From Bacteroidales bacterium (lineage in GTDB: Bacteria > Bacteroidota > Bacteroidia > Bacteroidales > WCHB1-69), in contig JAEEQA010000001.1 of the NCBI GenBank assembly GCA_016285085.1, forward strand, positions 23,608 to 87,607: a stretch of DNA of 64,000 nt, given 5' to 3'. The position numbers and the translations under genes are program-made. The notes beneath the pieces were generated by a model. The model was not told where the DNA came from, searched no databases, and worked only from the letters and a program-made list of their open reading frames with translations. The number at the start of each line of letters is the position of its first letter. Position 1 is the stretch's first letter. This document shows, in pieces, positions 28,746 through 37,130 of this stretch.

Positions 28746-29306
28746 ATGGAAAACGATTTAATTCTTAGAGTTGAAGAAAAAATGATCACCCTGCGTAACC
28801 AGCAGGTGATTCTGGACTGCGATGTCGCTGAATTGTACGGTGTAGAAACCAAGGAAATTAATCAAGCTGTTCGAAACAATCCGAAAAAGTTCCCTGAAGG
28901 TTACATTTGGACATTGGATGAGCAGGAGAGAGGTGAACTGGTCAAAAATTTTGACCGGTTCGAAAAACAAAAGCACTCTTCTGTTCTTCCACGCGCTTTC
29001 ACCGAAAGAGGGCTCTATATGTTGGCGACGATTCTGAAAAGTTCGAAGGCTGTGGATACTACCATTGCCATTGTGGAGGTATATGCCAAATTGAGGGAAT
29101 TGTCACGGGTGATGGTGGAACTTCCTCAGCAAGAGGAAGGTACCGTTATACAAAAAGAGCTGCTGCATCGTGGCGGCCAGCTGATAGAGGATCTTGTCAC
29201 TGACGTGCTACCGAAACAGAGCACTGAGACATCTTTTGAACTAAACCTTGCCATGTTCAAATTTCGCCATTCGGTACGGAGGGGGAAAGACGGGGGAAAG
29301 GATTGA
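28746..29306 (+). CDS. ORF6N (KilA-N-like DNA-binding) domain protein.
   Basis: ITLRNQQVILDCDVAELYGVETKEINQAVRNNPKKFPEGYIWTLD. AT-rich relative to neighbours. Own TAtcTTTG box at about 28717. Confidence 0.8.
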   Translation: MENDLILRVEEKMITLRNQQVILDCDVAELYGVETKEINQAVRNNPKKFPEGYIWTLDEQERGELVKNFDRFEKQKHSSVLPRAFTERGLYMLATILKSSKAVDTTIAIVEVYAKLRELSRVMVELPQQEEGTVIQKELLHRGGQLIEDLVTDVLPKQSTETSFELNLAMFKFRHSVRRGKDGGKD

Positions 29307-29311
29307 TCCAG

Positions 29312-29459
29312 GCAATTGTTTAACAACCGACAATTGCAAGGCGGCTTGCGACTTCGGCACTACACCATATTTCCGAGAATGTTGATTTTCAGCACTCGTC
29401 CCGAAGGGACGACATCTTATTAACCCCAGATAAGTCCGCGCAGCGGATGCAATCTGGGG
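29312..29459. repeat. Copy 2 of the hairpin-rich conserved element.
   Basis: Same order of conserved blocks as copy 1. Hairpins are GCAATTGT..ACAATTGC, CGTCCC-GAA-GGGACG and CCCCAGAT..ATCTGGGG. Confidence 0.5.
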
Positions 29460-29684
29460 TAGGCGATGGCCTGTGCGCCCGCCCGCGGCACGGGCGGCGG
29501 GTACGGAAACAAACCACAGATGATGCCGCGGAAGGGAGGATGGTATAGTCGAAGGCAGAACCATAAAATGGAGAAGATTCCGCTGCCCTGACGGACAGCG
29601 GAATGGTGCGGAATCCCGGTGGGAGAAATGAGGGAAAGGACTCATACATGGTGCTATGGCTCGGGAGCGTCCCTTGACAATCTG

Positions 29685-31520
29685 CTACCTTGTCACCACT
29701 ACCTTCCGTGGGGCGCGCTTACCGACCTTTACCATATAAACGCCCTCCGACAATGCCTTGTTGGGAACGTTGTGCCCCGTCATGTCATATACGGATACCG
29801 CTTCCCCTTCAGCACCTTCAACAATGATGCAACCGTCATGCGAATAGACAGTTATATCATCAATGGCACTCTCGTCGATACCGGAATTCGGGGCAAAATA
29901 GCCAGTCAACGTGTAGCTGGAACTCAAACCAGGATATATGGTGATGTAGAATGGATTATCCTGAAAATCATATTCATCGACACCATCGTATTTCCAATAC
30001 AGAAAGTGATAACCATTGTTTGGTGTGGCTCTCAGTTCGGCAGTTTCACCAGTCCAATAGGTGCCGCTGCCACTGACCGTGCCCCATGCATTGTTGTTGG
30101 AACGCACCGTCAGTTGGGTGGCAGTGCTATTGGCTTCGAAGTATGCAGTATATATAACATCACTTTCAACCGTGAAAGTAAGGGGATTTTCGGTGGCCTG
30201 GTACACGGCAGATGGGTTACATTTGTAATACCATTCCCAATGGGTGAAGTAGCATCCGCTGGCCGGTTCGGCGGTGATGGTTACCTCACTGCCCACAGTG
30301 GCGAAGTAAGCACCATGTACGGAACCATAACCGTCGGGGTAGCTATTATACTGAAAATACGCCTGGTCGGAAAAGTTGGCGACATAATAGACATTGCTGT
30401 TGGCCGTGAACGTCACAGGATTTTCATAAGCCCGATAGTGGTTGTCTGGGTCGTCAAGTGTGTTCCATTCCCAGTACGAGAAGCAATGGCCGCTGTCGGG
30501 CACGGCAGTAAGCGTAACGTCAGTACCCACCTCATAGACCCCTCCACCGATGACATGGTCGTTTCCGAGAGGAAGGGCATCAATGCCATGTACTCCAGTT
30601 TGAACGTTGCGTCCCGTGGGTATGGCGGTGTAGGCCCGGATGGCCCACGAAATGTTGTGGTAATCGGAATTCGGAGCGTACCATGGGTGAAATGTGTTGA
30701 AGTGTGTCCACCCTGTCTCCGGAGTCCAGATGTAATTGCTGTTGGGGTTGCCGCAATAACCTGTTCCACAAATCGACAAAGTCTGATACGATAGGGTCAT
30801 CGTGCAACTCAAGATTACCCATAGGGGTTGTGTGCTGTCGATGGGTACAGGATTATTGAAACGGATAAGTCTCCATTGGGCACTTTCGCCGGGTACGATA
30901 TAGTTCTGCGTATGGATCCTATTCTGTGGACTTTCGTCTCCGCCTTGCCACAATTCGATGGTATATGTACAGGGGATGCTAACTGTACCGTCGAAGTCAG
31001 GTTCCAGACAGGCTTCCACTTGCGGTATTTCTGTCACGCCATTCAATACGCTGGGGTCGAACTTCGCACCCCAACGGTAGAAAGTGGCCGTGTCAGAGGT
31101 GTTGTCCCATATTCGGGAAATTTGTGTCCCGCTAACATATTGCAGTGTGTCGCCGTCGCGCACGGGTGCGAACACTGCATCTATGGACAGCGTATCGCAC
31201 GTGGGCACGTGTCCTTCATAGTCCAGCCCAATGTAAGTGTGATGAAGCAAATCAGTTATGACTCCCGTTGAGTCACCATAGTAGTTCCAATTCACAAATC
31301 GTGCGTTGGGATAGGGGTGTGCTGCTATATAACGTTCTTGAAAATAACCGATATACACATCCCCAATTCCAAAATTGCTGGCAGAATGCCATCCACTGAG
31401 GTCGGGTAAATACCCCAGTGTGGAGTCGTTAACGCTAAGGTTGAGGTAAAATCAGGGCGTCTGTGCCATAGCATTTCCCGCCATCAGCAGCCATACTGCA
31501 AGGAATAATTTTTTTATCAT
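29685..31520 (-). pseudogene. T9SS cargo protein with Listeria-Bacteroides (InlB B-repeat-like) repeats and a C-terminal sorting domain, interrupted by one in-frame TGA after the signal peptide.
   Basis: ATG at 31520 gives MIKKLFLAVWLLMAGNAMAQTP, then TGA (31452-31454), then the same frame continues into the 557-aa ORF. Repeats such as GYHFLYWKYDG / CYFTHWEW / HCFSYWEW. C-terminal sorting domain ..GVYMVKVGKRAPRKVVVTR. Confidence 0.7.
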
Positions 31521-31586
31521 AGGGTTTTAATTAGATTTGCAAAAGTAGGACAAAAAGCCTTACGGTAATGAAACAATTTTCTTCTT

Positions 31587-32057
31587 TTACACATGGTGGT
31601 ACGGCTCGCCTTTCAGGATGGTCATCGCGCGGTAGAGCTGCTCGCTGAAGATGAGGCGGGTGAGGATGTGGGGAAACGTCATCTGCGACAGTGATATTTT
31701 GTAATTTCCACGTTCATAAACACTTTCGGAGAACCCGTACGCACCGCCGATCAGGAAAACCAGCCGCTTCGTGCCCCGCACCATCTGCTGCTGCAAAAAC
31801 TGCGAAAACGCCACCGACGTCATCTCCTTGCCGTGCTCGTCCAACAAAACCACGAAGTCGCTGCCTTCAATCTTTTTCAGAAAGAGAAGCCCCTCCTGTT
31901 TCTTCTGCTCCTCCACAGCCAACTTGGTGTTCTTCAGGTACGGAATCGCCTCCACCTCAAACGGAACGTAAAACTTAATCTTGTTCACATAGTTCTGCAC
32001 CGCCGGACTCAACTCCGCAGAATCTTCCTTTCCGATATATAAAAGCTTGATTTTCAT
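31587..32057 (-). CDS. rlmH: 23S rRNA (pseudouridine1915-N3)-methyltransferase.
   Basis: 156-aa SPOUT protein with LDEHGKEMTSVAFSQFL..FLIGGAYGFS..SLSQMTFPH. Confidence 0.85.
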   Translation of the reverse strand: MKIKLLYIGKEDSAELSPAVQNYVNKIKFYVPFEVEAIPYLKNTKLAVEEQKKQEGLLFLKKIEGSDFVVLLDEHGKEMTSVAFSQFLQQQMVRGTKRLVFLIGGAYGFSESVYERGNYKISLSQMTFPHILTRLIFSEQLYRAMTILKGEPYHHV

Positions 32058-32061
32058 AGGA

Positions 32062-32808
32062 TTATTTGACTTTCAACCAATTTCCCCTTCCCAAGTGCCA
32101 CTTCTGAAACCGGTAGCTGAGGGAGGTGCGGATAACCCCCATCCCGTATTTCACACTGCGGCGGAAGTTGATGGAGGAGGCTTCCGGAAAATACTTCGTG
32201 GGACAGGTGATTTCAGCCACCTCGAAGCCGGCATAGAAAATCTGCGCCAGCATCTGGTTGTCAAAAACAAAATCATCGGAGTTGGCGTGGTAGTCAATCG
32301 CCTCCAAAACCTCCCGTGAAAAGGCACGGTATCCCGTGTGGTACTCTGCCAATTTTTGGTTCATTACAAAGTTTTGGAAAGCAGTCAAAAATCTGTTAAA
32401 GAAGTATTTGTATTTCGGCATACCGCCTTTCAATGCTCCTTTTCCCAGGATTCGGGAGCCGAGTACCACGGGATAGACCCCGTTGGCAATCAGGTAGCAC
32501 ATCGACTCAATGAGGCGCGGGTCGTACTGGTAGTCGGGGTGCAGCATCACCACAATGTCGGCACCCAACGATAGCGCCTTGTCGTAGCAACTTTTCTGGT
32601 TTCCGCCGTAGCCACGGTTCTCCTCATGACGGATAACATGCTGGATGCCAAGTTTCTTCGCAATTTCAATCGTGCCGTCGGGAGAACAGTCGTCCACCAA
32701 GACCACCTCATCCACAATGCCGAAAGGAATCTCCCGATAGGTGGCCTCAAGTGTGCCCTCCGCCTTGTAAGCGGGCAGGACAACACAGATTCTCTTTCCC
32801 TTCAGCAT
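32062..32808 (-). CDS. Family 2 glycosyltransferase (polyprenol-phosphate sugar transferase-like).
   Basis: VVLPAYKAEGTLEATYREIP..VVLVDDCSPDGT..; DxD-like context. Confidence 0.75.
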   Translation of the reverse strand: MLKGKRICVVLPAYKAEGTLEATYREIPFGIVDEVVLVDDCSPDGTIEIAKKLGIQHVIRHEENRGYGGNQKSCYDKALSLGADIVVMLHPDYQYDPRLIESMCYLIANGVYPVVLGSRILGKGALKGGMPKYKYFFNRFLTAFQNFVMNQKLAEYHTGYRAFSREVLEAIDYHANSDDFVFDNQMLAQIFYAGFEVAEITCPTKYFPEASSINFRRSVKYGMGVIRTSLSYRFQKWHLGRGNWLKVK

Positions 32809-32810
32809 GA

Positions 32811-34634
32811 TTATCTTACGTTAAAAAGAATGTTGTTCTCTTTCCGATAGCAGTCGGGACGGTACTGCACGTGCCCGTTTTCCCCGAGGAAACAGGTGTA
32901 ATATTCAATGTAAACCGGCATTTTCGTCTTCAACATCAGTGTGGTAGGACGTATCGGACGGTAGAAAACGGTGTCTTCCGGCTTCAGTTTGCTGAAATAT
33001 TCCGCCTCTTTTTCCTGCATCTTTTCCAGATACTCCTCCCCTTCCTCCGTGGTGGGTTCGAAACCGAGGGTGATCATCACCTGCTCCATGCGGGTGGAGT
33101 CGTACCCGTTGATGGTAAGCAGCTGCGTGGCAAGTTCAATGGGCTTCTCCACGCGGACGCAGCCGTGGCTCAAAGTCCGCACCCGGCGCTTGAATGCGCT
33201 CTTGTTGTTGGTGTCGTGCAGATAAACCGACTCGGTGTTCGGGAAATTGAACTTCACCAGGCCGAGGGCGTTGAATTTCCCGGATTCCTGAAATACCTGA
33301 TATGGAATGTTTCTTCGGTTAACCTTCTTCCAATCAATGCTTTCCGGTGCAACCTCTTTCTTTGTCCGCAAATCAATAATGTGCAGTTTTTCTTTTTTGA
33401 CAACGGCGGTATTGCTCTTCACAAACTTGTAATAGTACTCGTCCTTGAGGATGCTGGCGGGGATGCTCCATATCGGGTTGAGAACGATAAAGTTGATTTC
33501 GCTCCGTAGCATCGGCGACTCGGTTTTCTGGCTTCGGAGTACGCCATGGACGCGGGTGGTATCCTTCGGCGGCAGCGATTTTCCGCAGCAGACGCGCATC
33601 CGCACGATGGAGTCGCCGTGGTGTACTTGCAGGGTGAAGTCCGCCGTGTTTACGGCAATGAAGGAGTTCCCTTTGTTCTGCGTCGCACGCCACCGATATC
33701 GTTCAAGATTGGCCGACAGTTTATTGATGTAGTAGCTCGGTTGCCGGTTCAGCTCCTTGATGGTCTCCTCATCCAGCTTTTTGCTGCGGGGGATGGCGTG
33801 GTTCTCACGGAACAGGTTGATAGCCGGCATCAGCTCCTTCCCCAGCGTGTCGGAAGCGACGTAGCTTTCCGGCAGCTCGCCCGTCATCCGCAGCCGCTCC
33901 CCGATGAGGTGGACATTTTTCACCACTCGCCCCGAGTCGGCCTCGATTACGGGGATGGTCGGGAAAACGGTGTCTTTCAGTGCCAAATATTTGCAGAGTT
34001 CCCGCTGTAAAGCCACATAGTCGGAATCGCAAGGAACTAATCCACTGAGGAATGTGCTTGCATCACCGCAGGAGCGAAGTGCCGTAAGGGCGAAATCGTC
34101 GGGTATGGAGTCGGGTTTGAAGAGCCACTTGCCTCCGTTGACCACCACGGGGTCGGTGGCTCCGTAGGCCATCGATTTGGCGTAGGTCAGGTACGAGTGG
34201 GTGAGCAACAACTCGAACCGGCTGAGCGAGTCATAAAGCGCTTCTGCACCGTCAATCTCCAACGATTTGACATTCTGTATTTTATCTGAAAGAATTTCGT
34301 AAGAGAAGAAGGAGGGCTGGATGCCTTGCTGCTCCGCATGGGCAAAGATTTCCATCACGGAATCGATCAGGTTTTCCTGCCAGCCGTTGGCTGTCCAGAT
34401 GGGCTCGCCTGTTTCCTTATAATACTGAAGGACAGCATCATAAAAAATCACATCGTTACTATCCAAGGACGTGATTTTCTCTTGCAGATAGTTGTAATAA
34501 TCTTTTTGTTCAAAATCCTTGTAGGAGGAGAACCAGTGAGGGGCGTTTTCGAGGTTGCGCGCGTTGTTTCTTCCGCATCCCGCAAAAACGGTAAATGCAA
34601 GAACAACAACAAATAGCAACCACAAATTCCTCAT
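32811..34634 (-). CDS. L,D-transpeptidase family protein (YcbB-like, with PG-binding region).
   Basis: YkuD catalytic motif LHDTNNKSAFKRRVRTLSHGCVRVEKP. Lipoprotein-like N-terminus ..VFAGC. Confidence 0.8.
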   Translation of the reverse strand: MRNLWLLFVVVLAFTVFAGCGRNNARNLENAPHWFSSYKDFEQKDYYNYLQEKITSLDSNDVIFYDAVLQYYKETGEPIWTANGWQENLIDSVMEIFAHAEQQGIQPSFFSYEILSDKIQNVKSLEIDGAEALYDSLSRFELLLTHSYLTYAKSMAYGATDPVVVNGGKWLFKPDSIPDDFALTALRSCGDASTFLSGLVPCDSDYVALQRELCKYLALKDTVFPTIPVIEADSGRVVKNVHLIGERLRMTGELPESYVASDTLGKELMPAINLFRENHAIPRSKKLDEETIKELNRQPSYYINKLSANLERYRWRATQNKGNSFIAVNTADFTLQVHHGDSIVRMRVCCGKSLPPKDTTRVHGVLRSQKTESPMLRSEINFIVLNPIWSIPASILKDEYYYKFVKSNTAVVKKEKLHIIDLRTKKEVAPESIDWKKVNRRNIPYQVFQESGKFNALGLVKFNFPNTESVYLHDTNNKSAFKRRVRTLSHGCVRVEKPIELATQLLTINGYDSTRMEQVMITLGFEPTTEEGEEYLEKMQEKEAEYFSKLKPEDTVFYRPIRPTTLMLKTKMPVYIEYYTCFLGENGHVQYRPDCYRKENNILFNVR

Positions 34635-34673
34635 ACCTAATACATTATACCTTCTACCTTTTACCTTCTACAA

Positions 34674-35987
34674 TTATTTATGGTTCTCGTAGAAACATTT
34701 GGCGCGTTCCTCGAGGTCGGGGAACTGGCTGCGGTTGACGAGGGAGACGCAGGCGCGGAGACCTTCGGTGCGGGTGCTGTTGCAGGAGGCCAGCGAGATG
34801 GCGCTGATGCCGTAGTTCAGCAGTTCGTGCAACAGTTCTTCGCCGCTGAGTCCCGGGTAAGCGAGGGTGAAGTAGAAACCGTCGGCCAGCTCCTCTTCGC
34901 CGTCGTGGTCGTAAACGATCTTGAATCCGTTGTCGGTGAAGATTTTCTTCATGATGTGGGCCTTCTCGGCATACTCGCGCACATCGTCCAAGTAGTTGTA
35001 AGTGCCGTCGTTGCAGGCTTTGAAGATGGCGGCGAGGGCGTACTGTGCGGAGTGGGAGGTGCCGGAGCTGACGGCATAGACGGCGCCGTTGATCATGGCG
35101 CGGCGCAGGCACGGATTGCCGAAGTAGGGGATGAGGTCCGGGAACTCGCGGGCGCCGAACTTGTCGGAGATGGCGAGCACGGCGATACGCTCACCGGCGT
35201 AGCTGAACGCTTTGGAACCGGAGATCATCAATGCGTAGTTGTCGGTGTATTTACCAACGGTGGGCTGGAACGGCGGCACGCCGGGTTTGGAGATGTCGCG
35301 GCGGAAGTCCATGCCGAAATAGGCGAGGTCTTCAATCACGCAAACATCGTATTTGGTGGCCAGTTCGCCGATGGTGCGCAGTTCCTCGTCGGTGAAGCAG
35401 ATCCATGACGGGTTGTTCGGGTTCGAGTAGATGATGGAGTGGATGTTGCCCTTGGAGAGGTAGCTTTCAAGTTTTTCGCGCAGTTTGTCACCGCGGAAGT
35501 CGTAAACGTCGAAGGTTTCGTACTTGAGTCCGAGGATTTTATGCTGGTTCTTCTGGACGGGGAAGCCCGGGTCGATGAAGAGGGTGGTGTCCTTCTGTTT
35601 CTCGCGGCGGGCGAGGGTCATGAAGCTGATCAAGCCGGCCATCATGGAACCGACGGTCGGGAAGCAGGACTCGGGCGAGATGTCCAAATCAATGAAATTC
35701 TTGATGAAGCGGGAGGACTCCTTTTTCAGTTCCGGAGTGCCGTCGAGGTCGGGGTAGATGGTGGCGATGCCGTCCTGCAGGGCTTTGATTTGCGCTTCCA
35801 CGCCCACTTTGCAGGCGGGAATGCCGGGGATGCCCATCTCCATACGGACGAACTTGATGCCCGATGCGTTTTCGATGTCGTTGATGAGTCGCTTGATTTC
35901 TCTGATGGAGGCCTTGCCTACCTCCTTGATGCCGTTGTCGGCTAAAACTTTGTTGACAAGTTCCGGATCAATGGGAGTCTTTTTCAC
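34674..35987 (-). CDS. PLP-dependent aminotransferase, class I/II.
   Basis: 437 aa. SNPNNPSW and SGSKAFSYAGERI (Lys-containing PLP site) blocks. Confidence 0.75.
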   Translation of the reverse strand: MKKTPIDPELVNKVLADNGIKEVGKASIREIKRLINDIENASGIKFVRMEMGIPGIPACKVGVEAQIKALQDGIATIYPDLDGTPELKKESSRFIKNFIDLDISPESCFPTVGSMMAGLISFMTLARREKQKDTTLFIDPGFPVQKNQHKILGLKYETFDVYDFRGDKLREKLESYLSKGNIHSIIYSNPNNPSWICFTDEELRTIGELATKYDVCVIEDLAYFGMDFRRDISKPGVPPFQPTVGKYTDNYALMISGSKAFSYAGERIAVLAISDKFGAREFPDLIPYFGNPCLRRAMINGAVYAVSSGTSHSAQYALAAIFKACNDGTYNYLDDVREYAEKAHIMKKIFTDNGFKIVYDHDGEEELADGFYFTLAYPGLSGEELLHELLNYGISAISLASCNSTRTEGLRACVSLVNRSQFPDLEERAKCFYENHK

Positions 35988-36079
35988 AATATATGGTTTT
36001 TAGTTATTATAATTCGCTGAAAATGGAGTGGTTAAGATTTGCGCCAAACGGGGACAAAGGTAGTTATTTTTTCGATATG

Positions 36080-36784
36080 TTACATCTCGTTCATTGCGGC
36101 GACGGCCACGCAACCGTATAATGCCGCTGTTTCCGTTCTTAAACGACGGTTTCCCAATTTTATTTCTTTGAAATTTAAAGATTTACAAACAGCGATTTCA
36201 TTCTCGCTGAAGTCGCCCTCCGGACCGATGAGCAGAAGGATTTCGCCCACACGGACAGGCTCGTTGACAAACTGCGCCGTGTTTTCGTCATCGCACCACG
36301 CAATATACTTTGTGGCGGGACTATCTTTTTGCTTTTCAATAAATTCCGAAAAAGAAAGCAGTTTCATTTCGGGGATGAGGGTGGTTTGCGACTGCTTGAG
36401 GGCGGCGATAGCGATGCGGTGAAGCCGGTCCAGGTCGATTTTGGGGCGTTCGGAATGGTCGCAGATGATGAAGGAGATGCGCTCGATACCGATTTCCACC
36501 GACTTTTCGACGAACCACTCGATGCGGTCACTGTTTTTGGTGGGGGCGACGGCGATGTGCAGTTTCAGCCGGCGCGGTTCCGTCTCTTTCACCTCCAAGA
36601 TGTTCACCAGACAGTCGGACGGCGACGCGACGGCGATTTCCCCTTTTGCCATCCGACCCGTGCCGTCGGTGATTTCCACGATGTCGCCCTCTCGGTGGCG
36701 CAGGGCCTTCACACAATGGCGCGACTCCTCCGCGCTGAGTTTGATGACGGAATCGGAAAGGTCGGGATGATAGAAGACAACCAT
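36080..36784 (-). CDS. rsmE: 16S rRNA (uracil1498-N3)-methyltransferase.
   Basis: MVVFYHPDL..EESRHCVKALRHREGD.. and LLIGPEGDFSENEI. I prefer the ATG at 36784. A TAccTTTG box lies upstream (minus strand, about 36820). Confidence 0.8.
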   Translation of the reverse strand: MVVFYHPDLSDSVIKLSAEESRHCVKALRHREGDIVEITDGTGRMAKGEIAVASPSDCLVNILEVKETEPRRLKLHIAVAPTKNSDRIEWFVEKSVEIGIERISFIICDHSERPKIDLDRLHRIAIAALKQSQTTLIPEMKLLSFSEFIEKQKDSPATKYIAWCDDENTAQFVNEPVRVGEILLLIGPEGDFSENEIAVCKSLNFKEIKLGNRRLRTETAALYGCVAVAAMNEM

Positions 36785-36877
36785 AGCGATGGAATTTGAA
36801 AATGCGATTGGGCGGCAAAGGTAGTAAAAACTTTCGAGATGCAGTGAAACGCGCCTCCATGAACCGTCATCATGCAA

Positions 36878-36917
36878 CCTGTAGTAGAGACGCAAAATTT
36901 TGCGTCTCTACTACAGG
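36878..36917. repeat. Perfect 40-bp palindrome of the GAGACG family.
   Basis: CCTGTAGTAGAGACGCAAAATTTTGCGTCTCTACTACAGG. Confidence 0.85.
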
Positions 36918-37096
36918 ATAATGCACCCTAGCCAGAAAAACCGAGAGACATCGCCCACCTAATATTATTTTTCACGTTATTACCCAGTCACACAAGAATC
37001 GCATCCGCAGTGCATACGTCAAGATTTTTCGCATATCAGTTTGGTTTATTCGTCAAGAAAAATGGCAGTATATTGTGCTATTTCATAAAAAAATAG

Positions 37097-37104
37097 TACG
37101 TTTG
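37097..37104 (+). promoter_or_regulatory. -7 box TAcgTTTG for the FISUMP giant.
   Basis: aaaaaatagTACGTTTGcaac lies 27 nt upstream of the ATG at 37131. Confidence 0.5.
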
Positions 37105-37130
37105 CAACGTTTATTTTCAACGGAATTATT

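Noticed and set aside
29440-29640. Possible RNase P RNA (strings like GGGGTAGGCG, CAGATGATGCCGC, GCAGAACCATAAAAT and GAGGGAAAGGAC recall conserved rnpB regions).
   Set aside because: The universally conserved CR-I (GAGGAAAGTCCGGGC) and CR-V (ACAGAAcCCGGCTTA) P4 strands are absent, and the look-alike strings occur in the wrong order for either strand.
29577-29640. Possible cobalamin riboswitch (GGTGCGGAATCCCGG, GGGAAAGG).
   Set aside because: There is no B12 box (GCCACTG-like) and the order of elements is wrong. No downstream gene lies on the plus strand that it could regulate.
31452-31454. In-frame TGA as evidence for an alternative genetic code (TGA read as Trp or Gly) or selenocysteine.
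   Set aside because: TGA terminates well-delimited genes in the same window (tilS at 6192-6194, the ECF sigma gene at 10207-10209) with normal protein lengths. I did not look systematically for a SECIS-like hairpin downstream and noticed none. Pseudogene, error or low-level readthrough is more parsimonious.
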